The notes: generated from the sequence alone by a model not told the origin. 64,000 bases of DNA from Octopus vulgaris (GCA_951406725.2 OX597819.1:39866001-39930000); one strand, 5' to 3'. Positions 16,076-29,075 are shown, counted from the stretch's first letter. Numbers and translations are program-made.

Positions 16076-17303
16076 GATGAAAGAAAGGATGCAAGGAAGG
16101 AAGGAAGGAAGAAAGAAAAAGGAAGAACCAATGAACGAATAAAAGAACGAAAAATAATGGAAGAAAGACAATCAAATACAAAGAAAAAAAATAAAGAATT
16201 AATAGATGAATAAAACAGAAAGAAAGAAAGAAAGAAAGAAAGAAAAAAAGAAAGAAAAAGAAGCTTTCTGCTAATCAACCTGTCAAATAAAATGGCCCGA
16301 TGGAGGGAGGTGAAAAAGTCCCTGTGAAACATCAGGAAAGGGAGTTTAGAGAAGAAAGAGGGCGGGCTTTGTAAGAAGGGGAAAGGAAGCGCATAACGCA
16401 TCTCCCAGCATCCAATTGGCTATAATTGAGAAATTGGTAGGAGGGTTGAAAGGAAGTAAAGATGTGTGTGCATAAGTGTGCGTGTTTCTGTGTGTAGGCG
16501 TGTGTGTGCAGGCGTGTGTATGTGTGTGTGTGTGTGTATACACACTCATATATGTTATATAGCAGAAGATAGCAATGAGAACTACCCCTCCAAACACCCA
16601 CATAGACATGCGCACGCGTACACACACATGCTCATATGCACTCACACACACACACAGAACAAGTCTAAGTTGCTGAGTACCGAAAGAAGGAGAGGAGGAG
16701 AAGAGGAGAGACAGAGATTAAGAAACGTGAAGGAAAGAGTTTGAAAGAAATATAGTGGATGAATGTGTAAAGAAAGGGGGTAGCATGAAGGAAGTTAAAA
16801 CAAAAGAATTAGAGAAAGGGGAAAGGAGAAACGGAGGGGTGCGCGTACCTGTATTACGTGTATGTATGTATGAGTGTATGTCTGCGTGTGTGTGTGCGTG
16901 AGCGTACGCGTGCTTGAAGAAAAACAACTAAAAAAGAAAGAAGCAAGGGGAGAAGGCACTCCTCTTTTCCGGTTTAAACAGCAAATGGGATGTGGGGTTA
17001 ATCGTCAGCAACGCCTTTCTACACAATCACGTACACAAGCAAACCAATGACGTATTGACAACGCCCATGTTTGATCTGCTAGAATTAGCAACTAAATCAC
17101 TGTCAAGTCGTACCGGACGGATTTCAATGGAAACGAAAGTACAGGGGGCAATGTAGTCAATCGCTAATGAATTCTAGAAGACGGGATAGTCAAGCATGTA
17201 ACGCTTTGATCATAGTTTTGCTTCAACAAATAAACACGATATATACACAGGCTCCTATATATATATATACTCACGTTTATATATATATATATATATACAC
17301 ACG

Positions 17304-17365
<62 letters not shown>

Positions 17366-17367
<2 letters not shown>

Positions 17368-17581
17368 TTACTCTTTTACTTGTTTCAGTCGTTTGACTGC
17401 GACCATGCTGGAGCTGGAGCGCCGCCTTTAATCGAGCAACTCGACCCCGGGACTTATTCTTTTTGTAAGCCCAGTACTTATTCTATCGGTCTCTTTTGCC
17501 TAAATCGCTAAGTAACGGGGACATAAACACACCAGCATCGGTCGTCAAGCAATGCTAGGGGGACAAACACAAACACACACA

Positions 17582-17666
<85 letters not shown>

Positions 17667-18162
17667 GACGTGCTTCTTTTCAGTTTCCGTCTACCAAACC
17701 CACTCACAAGGCTTTGGTCGGCCCGAGGCTATAGTAGAAGACACTTGCCCATGGTGCCACGCAGTGGGACTGAACCCGGAACTATGTGGTTGGTAAACAA
17801 GCTACTTACCACACACCCACTCCTATATATATGTATATATATATATATAAACACATCCATAGACACACATATTCGTTATTCTTTTACTTGTTTCAGTCAT
17901 TTGACTGCGGCCATGTTGGAGCCCCACCTTGAAGGGGTTTAGTCGACCCCAGGACTTATTTTTTTTTTTTTAGAAAAACCTAGTATTTCTTCTATCGGTG
18001 TATTTTGCTGAACCGCTAATTTACGGAGACGTAAACACACCAATAGCGGTTGTCAAGTGTTGATGGAGGGACAAACACAGACAAAAAGACATACATATAC
18101 GCACGCGCGCACGCACACACGCACACACACACACACACATACACACACACATACACACACAA

Positions 18163-18215
<53 letters not shown>

Positions 18216-18420
18216 GACCACAGCCTTGGGGATGAAACGTATAAAAGAACATATACGACGCCCTTCTTTTAGTTTCCATCTACCAAATTCACTCACAATG
18301 ATTTGGTCGGCCCGAGGCTATAGGAGAAATCACTTGCTCAAGGTGCTACGCTGTGGGACTGAACCCGGAACTATGTGACTGGGAAGCAATCTTTTTACCT
18401 GATAGCCACGCCTGTGCCTG
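17366..18420 (-). mobile_element. Two tandem SINE family A copies (17366-17825, 17876-18420)
   Basis: Two complete tail-core-head sets. Confidence 0.8.
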
Positions 18421-18810
18421 AAAGTATTATGACCTCGACGTGATTTGCGCACACAGTCTTCTGATCTTGACTTTGACACCATACCGTGGCGCCTCTTAGT
18501 CTTACGCACACTCACTGACACACATATACATAGGAGTCTTATTTCTTTTACTTGTCTGAGTCACTGAAGGGTTTAGTCAAAAAAATCCACCACCACCACC
18601 ACCACCACCACTACCAACCTCACTGCATTTATTTCTCGAAGTCGGGTACTCGTCCTTTTGGTCTCTATTGCCAAGCCTTTAAGTTGCGGAGATTAAACAA
18701 ACTAACAACGCTTGTCCAGAGGTGGCGCGTAACAAACACAAACACAAAGATAAATATGCACATAGATACACTCAGACACGCAGGCACACTAACACACGCA
18801 AACATAAAAA

Positions 18811-18845
<35 letters not shown>

Positions 18846-18851
<6 letters not shown>

Positions 18852-19109
18852 ACCGACCAGGCTATCAGATGTTGCTACACATCGCTGGTCACAATGCGCT
18901 TCGCATTGTTTTAGCCTTCAAATGACGCCACCCCGCTGACTAAGCGAGCAGGCCAACAGAAGAAAGAGTGAGAGAAAGTTGCGGCGAAAGATCTCGCGGA
19001 GCTTTAGGTGTTTTCGCTCAATAAACACTCATAACTCCCGGTCTGGGAATCGAAACCGCGATCCTCCGACTGTGAGTCCGCTACCCTAACCACTGGGTCA
19101 TTGCGCCTC

Positions 19110-19113
<4 letters not shown>
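18846..19113 (-). mobile_element. tRNA-derived SINE, family C
   Basis: Head TGTGGAGGCGCAATGACCCAGTGGTTAGGG...GGTTTCGATTCCC; homologous to 49790-50094. Confidence 0.8.
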
Positions 19114-19157
<44 letters not shown>

Positions 19158-19854
19158 TGGAACAAGAACGCAATAGAGGACATTAAAATGTTAGGAAAGA
19201 TAGACGATACATAGGTGGATACGAGAAACAACAATTAGGACAGGCAAAAAAAGACGGTTCATTCTTCGCTTTCTTTCATCAGTCAAGTCCCAGAAGTCAC
19301 GACCATTTCAGGCAGTTACACTTGAGATGGTTCGAGCTAGTTGCCCCCCCCCCAATTCTAAGCTAAGGGCATTACACCCCTTTGCGAATGTGTATGGCAA
19401 CAAAGACAAAAAAAACAAAGAAAAACGAAGAACATGGTACACAATTACAAATACAAACAGCAAGAAATAACAACAGGCGTCTTTCGAATGAGAACGAATG
19501 AAATTGAGCTGGCATGTATGAAGTGAAAGCCTAAAGGCAGGAACATGGAAGATGGACACAAGAGGTGTTGACGGTCGGCAGTCAGACCAAAAAAGATAGA
19601 TCATGGCTGGCCGGACACCGGTCGTGTGGAAGGAGGAGAGATGGGCAGGGGACAATGGGATTGGAGGATTAGAAAAATATCAAAGATAAAGAGAAAGTTA
19701 CAGGGGAGATAAACGAGTGGGAAATAGTGGGAGTTAAAGAAAGAGAGGGCCAAGAAACGTATATTCTCCGATTTAAAGCGACATTTATATATAAACAAAT
19801 TGACTGAACTTACAAAACATTCTGGTCTGTTTATAAATATTATGTATATATATA

Positions 19855-19910
<56 letters not shown>

Positions 19911-20343
19911 GTGATAAATAAAAATATATGCATACATCCAAACATATATGTACGTACCTACATCTACATGTATATATACATGCATATATAAATAATTATA
20001 CGTGAGTACAGGACACCACTAAGACGTAGAAACGGGAAAATCAAAAAAACAAAAACAAGAAAAACAAAAAACAAAAAACAAGAAAACGAATCATCAGCTG
20101 TCGTAGTAGAGTCGAGCATGTTTCGAAGGCAGAGACAGAACACTAATCCACTAGGCCTTCCTGCGAGAGAATTAAAATAAAATTCCAAGCAGCGGGGCAA
20201 AATGAGTACGAACACGAACAGGACGTAACAATAAAACTGCAAAATTAAAAGTACATGTACAAAAAATACAAATAAATACAAAAGAAGAAAATAAAAAGAG
20301 AATACGATACAGGAAATCAAACACACAAGAGCACGAACGAAAA

Positions 20344-20404
<61 letters not shown>

Positions 20405-20410
<6 letters not shown>

Positions 20411-20528
20411 TGTCAGCAATGAAGGACATGTGATGCTTCCTTACTTCTTTCCACAAGGCCTTAGAGTTAACTCTGCCGCCTACATTGAGGTCCTGGGAAC
20501 AATTGTTAAGCCCTGGATAGACAGTGTA
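20405..20528 (+). pseudogene. maT/Tc1-mariner transposase fragment
   Basis: GVVSNEGHVMLPYFFPQGLRVNSAAYIEVLGTIVKPWI resembles the DDD core of maT-like transposases. Confidence 0.6.
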
Positions 20529-21424
20529 TCTTTGAAAAGAGAAAAGGTAGAAGAGAGAGATAGAAAGTCCATGCAGGAAAGAAAGATGGTCAGGTCTGAG
20601 CAACGAGAGAGAGAAAGAGAAAGAGACGGACAGATAGATAGAGAATGGTGATGGGGAGAAAAAGAGGATTATAGAGGATATGGTAGAAAACAGTATTGAG
20701 TAGATCGCATCAAAAAGGTTAAGATACCTTTTCTCTTTTCAAAGAAAATATTTTTCTCAGGTTCACTATTTTCCCCCCTCGTTCAAGTCTAACGACCCTC
20801 CATGTTTGTTTCCGTTCAGTTTCCCAGTATGTCTCCACTGTTCTGTTTTTGTTCCCAATTTTGACTCGTCATAAATCCAAACTTATTTTGGTATTTATGG
20901 GAGCAACTGTCTTCGAAAACTCATATTATCATTGATTGTTCGAAATAGGGAGTAGATAGACAGTCGACAACTGATGAACTTGTATTACTTGCCCTTTTTT
21001 TTCTTTCGTTATTTGCGTATTTAACTCATTTGTTTTTGTATTTCATGTTGTTCACTGTTGGTGACGTCCTGTATCTATATATGCTATATATATAAATATA
21101 TATATATACATATATAAATTATTTATATTATATATATACACATACATACATTCATATATACTTATATATATACACATACATACATTCATATATACTTATA
21201 TATATACACATACATACATACATACATACATACATACATACATACATACATACATACATACATACATACATACATACATACATACGTACATACATACATA
21301 CATACATACAAATAAAGTTTTGGACGGAAGAGTTGAAAGTGACTTCGGATACCTCGCCTTCATCAGTCAGATGTACTAAAAAATGTACTAAAAGATATTG
21401 AGTGATTCCACATTTTATACATAC

Positions 21425-21491
<67 letters not shown>

Positions 21492-21631
21492 TAATTTAGA
21501 TTCAAGTCAATTCTAATGAATTTACTTGAATGCGGTACTTAACTTAGATGCACCAGAAAACTATATGGTGTTAACCATACAGTAATGTGGGGTGATTATA
21601 AACGAGAAAGAAGCAACAAGAATGAATTAGT

Positions 21632-21722
21632 TTTTAGTACAATTGTTTCATACAAAGACAGGCTTTATTAAAAGTTGCGAAAATTGCAGCAGATAAAAGT
21701 GTCCCGTACTCATCAGCTAAAA
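21632..21722 (-). ncRNA. Type-I hammerhead ribozyme (sense to the ORF, in the 3' pLTR)
   Basis: Reverse complement of 25508-25598. Confidence 0.85.
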
Positions 21723-23132
21723 TACATATGAGTTCTCCAAACATCTTAGTGGGTGAGGCTATACTCATGAAGTATTGGAGATAATTTCATTAAAAGCAGA
21801 TTTAGGTTGTAAACAGATTTCCGAAGTTCCTTAATGATGATGCACAGTCTTATCACAGGTTTTTAATAAAAGCTTATTAGCTTCACAGAGAAGGTGAATT
21901 AATCCGTAGTGTAGATGTAAATTTCCAGAGATATGAGGAGGAATTTCATACTCACAGACGATGAATTTATCCATGGTTAATCCACAATGAGGTGGGTATC
22001 ATTTCATGCTATATGATAAGGTATTTGCCACATTACTGTTCTTTTCACAAGACTGCTAAGTTATGACTTCTAAAGGCTGAAGGAATTTTTGTGGAGCAAA
22101 GAAAAGAAAAGAAAGGAAAGAGAAGAAAAGAGACAAGGAAAAGGAAAAAGAAAAAAGAAAAAGGAAAAAGAAAAAAGAAAAAGGAAAAACAAAAAAGAAA
22201 AAAGAAAAAAGGAAAAGAAAAAAGGAAAAGAAAAAAGAAAAAAGAAAAAAGGGGAGAAGAAAAGAAAAAAGGAAAAAGAAAAAAAGAAAAAAGAAAGAAG
22301 AAAAAGTAAAAGAAAAAAAGGGGAAAGAAAAAAGGGGGAAAAGAAAAAGCGCCCACATAGAGTATACTGTGACAACTTAGAGGGAAAGAGTTCTAAAGTG
22401 ACATACTACACAGAAGAATTTGTAGACGGCCTGGCTGGCTTGAATTTGCAAGAATCCAGGAACTATAAGGAGAATATTATTTTTGACCAGTAAAACAGCT
22501 ATTTATTGCCAACCTGACGTAGTTGAAAGCAGATATGAATCTAAAGAGAATCTAAAGAGATAACAAGGTCAGGGGTAGAGGGGTCAAAGGCTATCATCAA
22601 AAGGAAATACATTAAGAGAAAAATCTAAGTGCAATCCTAACAAGAGGTCATTTAAATTTATTTATTTATTTATTCCTGCTACTGTCTTAAATTGTTGCCG
22701 TTACTATCTATACATTGACAGACTACAGGTCAAAACTTAGAAGATTAGTTTACAAGGTGTGATGGAATTGTCTATTATTTTGAAATTTCTCATACTACTT
22801 TTCAAGGGAGTAGCCTTACTTATTTAAATTTGTAATAGAATTATGAAGCCTAAGTAACTTATTTTATTAAAGTTGTGTTACCTAAATTAGATTAAATTAA
22901 AAATTAAAAATTAAAAATTAAGATTTAAAATTAAATAAAACTTCATTTAAGCAACGTACAAGTACTATTTATTTCCTTGTGCTCAAAATCAGGTGCAGTT
23001 ATAAAGAAAAAGATAACTATAGTGTGAGAACTCGCAGTTATCTACTTAAAAATTAAAGTAAAGCTATACTAGTAAGAACCCAGCTATATCTATCTATCTA
23101 TCTATCTTGTTACGATTATTCTATACAGTAAT

Positions 23133-24485
23133 TCATTTTAAATATTTTAGAGTCTTCAATTTAGCGTGGACACAAACTTGACCTACTTCAATATGGTTAT
23201 TTAACAAACCTCTATTTTTTCTATGCCTTAGAATTTCATAGGTCTCCATGGAGCAGAGTTGGCAACCAGCCCTGTTATTTTTATACGGCATTGCTCTCCT
23301 AACTATTTCCCAATTAAGGTTATAATTCCTGTTATTATTTTTGAGTTCCCAGATCTTACTTGAAAGTGTGGTGGTACCAGCTTTATGACGTAATTTAAAA
23401 GATGAGATGTGATTTCTAACTTTGTCTTGAAAATTTATCGTACAACCAATGTAAAAAAATTTGTTATTCTCAGTAGATATGGTACATTTATAGATTACGT
23501 TATTTTCCCCGCATAGACCAGGTGCCGGGCATTTTGACTTAATTCTACACTTGCACGCAGGAGGAACAACTTCAGATGTTGGATTATTCATGGGTAGATG
23601 TCTTATGTTCCTGTTATTTTGATTATCATGAGTATAATTATCTTTATTATTATTATTATTTTTATAGTTGGTGCTGCTATCTAAAGCATTGTTATTACTT
23701 ATTGATCCTTCTGCTCCATCTTTTAGGTCTAAAGTCCTAACATGATTATTTACATTATTGGTAATGTTACTATTATTGCTAGTATTTTTATCAAACTGTA
23801 TATTGTTGTTATAGATATCACTGATATTTTCATTCTCTGTATTTTCTCTATTAGCCTTACTTCTATTATTAACATTATTACTTCTTTTAATATCGATATT
23901 ATTATTACTCCTATTAATGTTAATATTATTATTAGTCATTCTGTGGTTACTGATTCCATCCATGTTTTGATAGTTACTATTGTTGCGTTTATTGTTGGTA
24001 GTATTATTATAATTGTTATTGGTATTCATGTTGGTATTATTATTTTTATTTTTATCTTTCCTGGCTAGCTTAATGTTGTTATTATTAATCTTAGCTATTA
24101 AAGTGGACATATTTGGGAGGGTTGAATAAGAAATCCTAACTGTTTTCTTAGAAATAATTCTATGATATCTATGAGAGATTGGGAAATTTTTTTCCAGAAT
24201 TACTTTGAATTTGCTCTGTATATCCGATTGAATCGCACAGTTGAAAGGAATATTCAGCCATATTATATCTTTCTTATTAAATTTCCTTGAATTAGAATCA
24301 GGGTTCGTAGAATTATTACAATTCATCTCATCAAAGTCATTGTACTTATTACTATTATTTGTGTGCATCTTTGATTTATTTAATTCGATTTTATCCGAGT
24401 TACCTATGCTTTGGTCTTTTCTTCTATTTGAATTATTGGGCTTGTACGCTAGATTTGCGGTTACCGTGAATAACAATTCCATCAC
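23133..24485 (-). CDS. PLE C-terminal half: post-thumb linker, Asn-rich insert, CxCx5CP Zn finger and GIY-YIG endonuclease; no RT domain
   Basis: Motifs IIWLNIPF, FPISHRYHRI..TVRISYSTLPN, CKCRIKSKCPAPGLC, VIYKCTI..FYIGCT, LSSKIWELK, WEIVRRAMPY, CQLCSME, LLN..E...CVH; 450 codons uninterrupted. Confidence 0.88.
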   Translation of the reverse strand: MMELLFTVTANLAYKPNNSNRRKDQSIGNSDKIELNKSKMHTNNSNKYNDFDEMNCNNSTNPDSNSRKFNKKDIIWLNIPFNCAIQSDIQSKFKVILEKNFPISHRYHRIISKKTVRISYSTLPNMSTLIAKINNNNIKLARKDKNKNNNTNMNTNNNYNNTTNNKRNNSNYQNMDGISNHRMTNNNININRSNNNIDIKRSNNVNNRSKANRENTENENISDIYNNNIQFDKNTSNNSNITNNVNNHVRTLDLKDGAEGSISNNNALDSSTNYKNNNNNKDNYTHDNQNNRNIRHLPMNNPTSEVVPPACKCRIKSKCPAPGLCGENNVIYKCTISTENNKFFYIGCTINFQDKVRNHISSFKLRHKAGTTTLSSKIWELKNNNRNYNLNWEIVRRAMPYKNNRAGCQLCSMETYEILRHRKNRGLLNNHIEVGQVCVHAKLKTLKYLK

Positions 24486-25507
24486 ACCTTGTAAACTAAT
24501 CTTCTAAGTTTTGACCTGTAGTCTGTCAATGTATAGATAGTAACGGCAAAATTTAAGACAGTAGCAGGAATAAATAAATAAATACATTTAAATGACCTCT
24601 TGTTAGGATTGCACTTAGATTTTTCTCTTAATGTATTTCCTTTTGATGATAGCCTTTGACCCCTCTACCCCTGACCTTGTTATCTCTTTAGATTCTCTTT
24701 AGATTTATATCTGCTTTCAACTACGTCAGGTTGGCAATAAATAGCTGTTTTACTGGTCAAAAATAATATTCTCCTTATAGTTCCTGGATTCTTGCAAATT
24801 CAAGCCAGCCAGGCCGTCTACAAATTCTTCTGTGTAGTATGTCACTTTAGAACCCTTTCCCTCTAAGTTGTCACAGTATACTCTATGTGGGCGTTTTTTC
24901 TTTTCCCCCTTTTTTCTTTCCCCTTTTTTCTTTTTCTTTTTCTTCTTTCTTTTTTCTTTTTTCTTTTTTCTTTTTTCTTTTTCCTTTTTTCTTTTCTTCT
25001 CCCCTTTTTTCTTTTTTCTTTTTTCTTTTCCTTTTTTTTCTTTTCCTTTTTTCTTTTTTCTTTTTCCTTTTTCTTTTTTCTTTTTCCTTTTCCTTGTCTC
25101 TTTTCTTCTCTTTCCTTTCTTTTCTTTTCTTTGCTCCACAAAAATTCCTTCAGCCTTTAGAAGTCATAACTTAGCAGTCTTGTGAAAAGAACAGTAATGT
25201 GGCAAATACCTTATCATATAGCATGAAATGATACCCACCTCATTGTGGATTAACCATGGATAAATTCATCGTCTGTGAGTATGAAATTCCTCCTCATATC
25301 TCTGGAAATTTACATCTACACTACGGATTAATTCACCTTCTCTGTGAAGCTAATAAGCTTTTATTAAAAACCTGTGATAAGACTGTGCATCATCATTAAG
25401 GAACTTCGGAAATCTGTTTACAACCTAAATCTGCTTTTAATGAAATTATCTCCAATACTTCATGAGTATAGCCTCACCCACTAAGATGTTTGGAGAACTC
25501 ATATGTA

Positions 25508-25598
25508 TTTTAGCTGATGAGTACGGGACACTTTTATCTGCTGCAATTTTCGCAACTTTTAATAAAGCCTGTCTTTGTATGAAACAATTGTACTAAAA
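25508..25598 (+). ncRNA. Type-I hammerhead ribozyme with extended stem II
   Basis: ttttag CTGATGA gtacgggaca...tgtctttgtat GAAAC aatt GTA^ ctaaaa; 6-bp stem I; predicted cleavage after 25592. Confidence 0.85.
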
Positions 25599-25625
25599 AC
25601 TAATCCATTCTTGTTGCTTCTTTCT

Positions 25626-25697
<72 letters not shown>

Positions 25698-25986
25698 GTA
25701 GGATAAAATTTTTTCGAAAAAAAACATAATATAATATGATATAATATAATATAAATAATATATAAATATATGCATATATACATACGTATATGTACATACC
25801 TACATATATATGTATATATACATGCATATATGGGTACAGGACATAAAAAAAACGTGAACACAATGAGAAACGAAACATAAAAGAAATCTTTTTGGAACAA
25901 CTGAAAAACAGAGAACCGAGATATGCAACATATCATCAGTTGTCCCTGCTTCATCTACTCTGCATTTCGAAGGTGTGTGTGTCTCT

Positions 25987-26116
<130 letters not shown>

Positions 26117-26620
26117 CTGAAAAATAAGAAAATGGAGCTATAACATTTAATAAAGATTTATTATCAGCAAAAATTTAACATAGTCCCTTGTTTCATCTAA
26201 GCCCAATAAAGATTAAATAAATATTATTAAGATCATTTTGAGGGGCAAAATCTCTTCAGAGGGGTAGAAAAAGATATACCCTTAGGTTTTTTATTTGGTG
26301 TAGAAATATTTATGGCTAACGAGTCTAATTTAACCTCTAATTGAATATAATGAACAGCACATAGAATCTACGTCTCCAGACTTTCCATTTGACAAACTAT
26401 GAACTCCTATCAGAATTTACATACTATGGACAAGAAGCATTTCTACACCTTCTACACATCACTTTCTTTGGATAATGGAATTGCAACTATAACACCCTAC
26501 ATATATTTTTATTTTTGCTTTTATTCTCTTATTTCCCTTTACACTTCTTATTTCCATCCTTTTCCAAAATAACCCCTTATATTGAACTCTACTATTTCCC
26601 TTTATTTAACCATCTCACAT

Positions 26621-26667
26621 TGTCTCTGATGAAGGGATATCCCTAATATCCCAAAATCAATTGTCTC
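26621..26667 (+). ncRNA. Decayed hammerhead ribozyme in a probable PLE remnant
   Basis: CTGATGA agggatat-cccta-atatccc aAAATC aatt GTC; GAAAC mutated and stem I lost. Confidence 0.4.
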
Positions 26668-26674
26668 ATTTTAT

Positions 26675-26741
<67 letters not shown>

Positions 26742-26989
26742 CTAGAGAGAGAGAGATAAAAAGATACATGCATGCCTACATACATACATGCATGCATACA
26801 TACATACATACATACATACATACATACATACATACATACATACATACATACATACATACATGCATGCATGCATATGTACGTCGTACTTACTAGCATAATC
26901 CTTCCTAACTGCGATCGACCAGCACCTTTGATTGAATTTGGTAGACGAAACTATGCGGAAGCCCATCGTGAGCATGTCTGAGAGCGTGA

Positions 26990-27020
<31 letters not shown>

Positions 27021-27037
27021 TGTGTGTGTGTGTGTGT

Positions 27038-27166
27038 CTTTGTAAGCCTAGTACTAATTCTATCGGTCTCTTTTCTCGAACCGCTAAGTTACGGGTACGT
27101 AAACACACTAGCATCGGTTGTCAAGTGATGTTGGGGGGACAAACACAAACACACAAACATATGCAT

Positions 27167-27226
<60 letters not shown>

Positions 27227-27383
27227 GATGGGCTTCTTTCAGTTTCTGTCTACCAAATCCACTCACAAGGTTTTGGTCGGCCCGAGGCTATAGTAGAAGA
27301 CACTTGCCCAAGGTGCCACGCAGTGGGACTGAAACCAGAACCATGCGGTTGGTAAGGAAGCCAGTTACCACACAACCACTCCT
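27038..27383 (-). mobile_element. SINE family A (no tail)
   Basis: Head and core motifs. Confidence 0.75.
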
Positions 27384-27536
27384 CTTTCTTTAAAATAATT
27401 ATTTTTAAGAATTACTTTGAACTCGGTAGTAGAGAACCGGACAAACATCGCAAGGCATTTTGTCTGACGTTCTAATGGTTCTACCAGTTCACCCTCCTTA
27501 TTCGTTTTGAAAGTTATAAAACAATCACATACTCAC

Positions 27537-27645
<109 letters not shown>

Positions 27646-27668
27646 GATACAGACAGACTGACAGAGCT

Positions 27669-27773
<105 letters not shown>

Positions 27774-28720
27774 TTTGCATAAGTGGAATACTCGTCCACT
27801 TGTAATTCAATGAAGTGGGTTGTTCGATTTTTATTTTCGTTTTCCATTATTTTTTTTTTAATTGTGGAGTCTGGAGGAAAGAACATTGCGCATGCCCTTT
27901 GCAGGCAGGTTCTCACAGACCGGTGAATTGCAAGTTAACACCTACAAGAAAGAGATAAACAGAAAGAAGATTCTAGAGGGTCGGTGTTCTTGGGTGAAAG
28001 GACTGGAGGTAATGGTTAGTGCGGGACCGAGGAGACTGAATACATCAAGAATGACTAAAGGTAGAAAGATGAATGGATAGAAGATACCGGGGTGATGGAG
28101 GTATGAGACTAACCACTCCCGAGAAACAGTGGCCATTATAACCCTTTCTTCTATAGACGTGAAGCCTGAAATTTTGGCTAGGGGTTAAGTCGATTACATT
28201 GACCCTAGTGCTCAAATGGTAATTTATTGATCTCGGTGAAATTTGAACTCAGAACCTGAAAAGGGACGAAATGCCGCTAAGCTTTCTGCCTAGCGTGCTA
28301 ACGATTCTGCCAGATCGCCGCCTTAACAGTGGGCATTATAATGCTTTCTATCAGAAGCACAAGGCCTGAAATTTGGGGGAGGGAGATAGTCGATTACATA
28401 GACCACAGTACTCAACTGGTACTTAATTTATCGACCCCGAAAGGATGAAAGGGGATAGTGTGCCTATGAGCCAGAGGTTGCAGCGCATCCTCTGGAGAAT
28501 GAATACCAATTAGGAGCAGGCGTAGCTGTGTGGTAAGAAGTTTGCTTTTCAAGTACATGACTCTGGGTCCAGTCCCACTGCGTGAGACCTTAGTCAAGTA
28601 GCCAAGTGTCTTCTACTATATATTTCGGCTGACCAAAGCCCTGAGGGAGAATTTGAAAAACGCTGAATCTGAAAAACGCCGTCGTATATACATGTGTGTG
28701 TGTGTGTGTGCGCGTGAGTT

Positions 28721-28817
<97 letters not shown>

Positions 28818-28819
<2 letters not shown>

Positions 28820-29075
28820 GGAGGCGCGTGGCTTAGTGGTTAGGGTGTCAGTACCATGATCGTAAGATTGTAGTTTCGATTCCTGAACCGGGCGACGCGT
28901 TGTGTTCTTGAGCAAAACACTTCATTTCACGTTGCTCCAGTCCACTCAGCTGGCCAAAATTACTAATGCTGCGATGGACTGGCGTCTCGTCCAGCTTGGG
29001 AACACATACGCCATAGAAACCGAGAAACCGAACCCATGAGCCTGGCTAGGCTTTAAAAGGGCGCATTTATTTTAT
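28818..29075 (+). mobile_element. tRNA-derived SINE, family D (V-SINE-like)
   Basis: TGGAGGCGCGTGGCTTAGTGGTTAGGG..GTTTCGATTCC..GTGTTCTTGAGCAAAACACTT..TTGCTCCAGTCCACTCAGCTG; related head at ~14690-14780 (-). Confidence 0.75.

Larger units (their letters stand above)
21485..25627 (-). mobile_element. Penelope-like element (Naiad-like), 5'-truncated, with ~1.16-kb inverted pseudo-LTRs, inserted in (TA)n
   Basis: Arms 21604-22771 and 24473-25626 are near-identical reverse complements; one-sided tail 21485-21603; GIY-YIG ORF between the arms; HHR in each arm. Confidence 0.9.

Noticed and set aside
22045-22493. Lys/Glu/Arg-rich and Phe-rich ORFs (also 24750-25185)
   Set aside because: Artefacts of the purine/pyrimidine tract in the inverted repeats
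21604-25626. DNA transposon (Mutator/Polinton-type) with long TIRs
   Set aside because: No DDE transposase; the ORF is a PLE GIY-YIG, the arms carry HHRs and there is a one-sided tail, all PLE hallmarks
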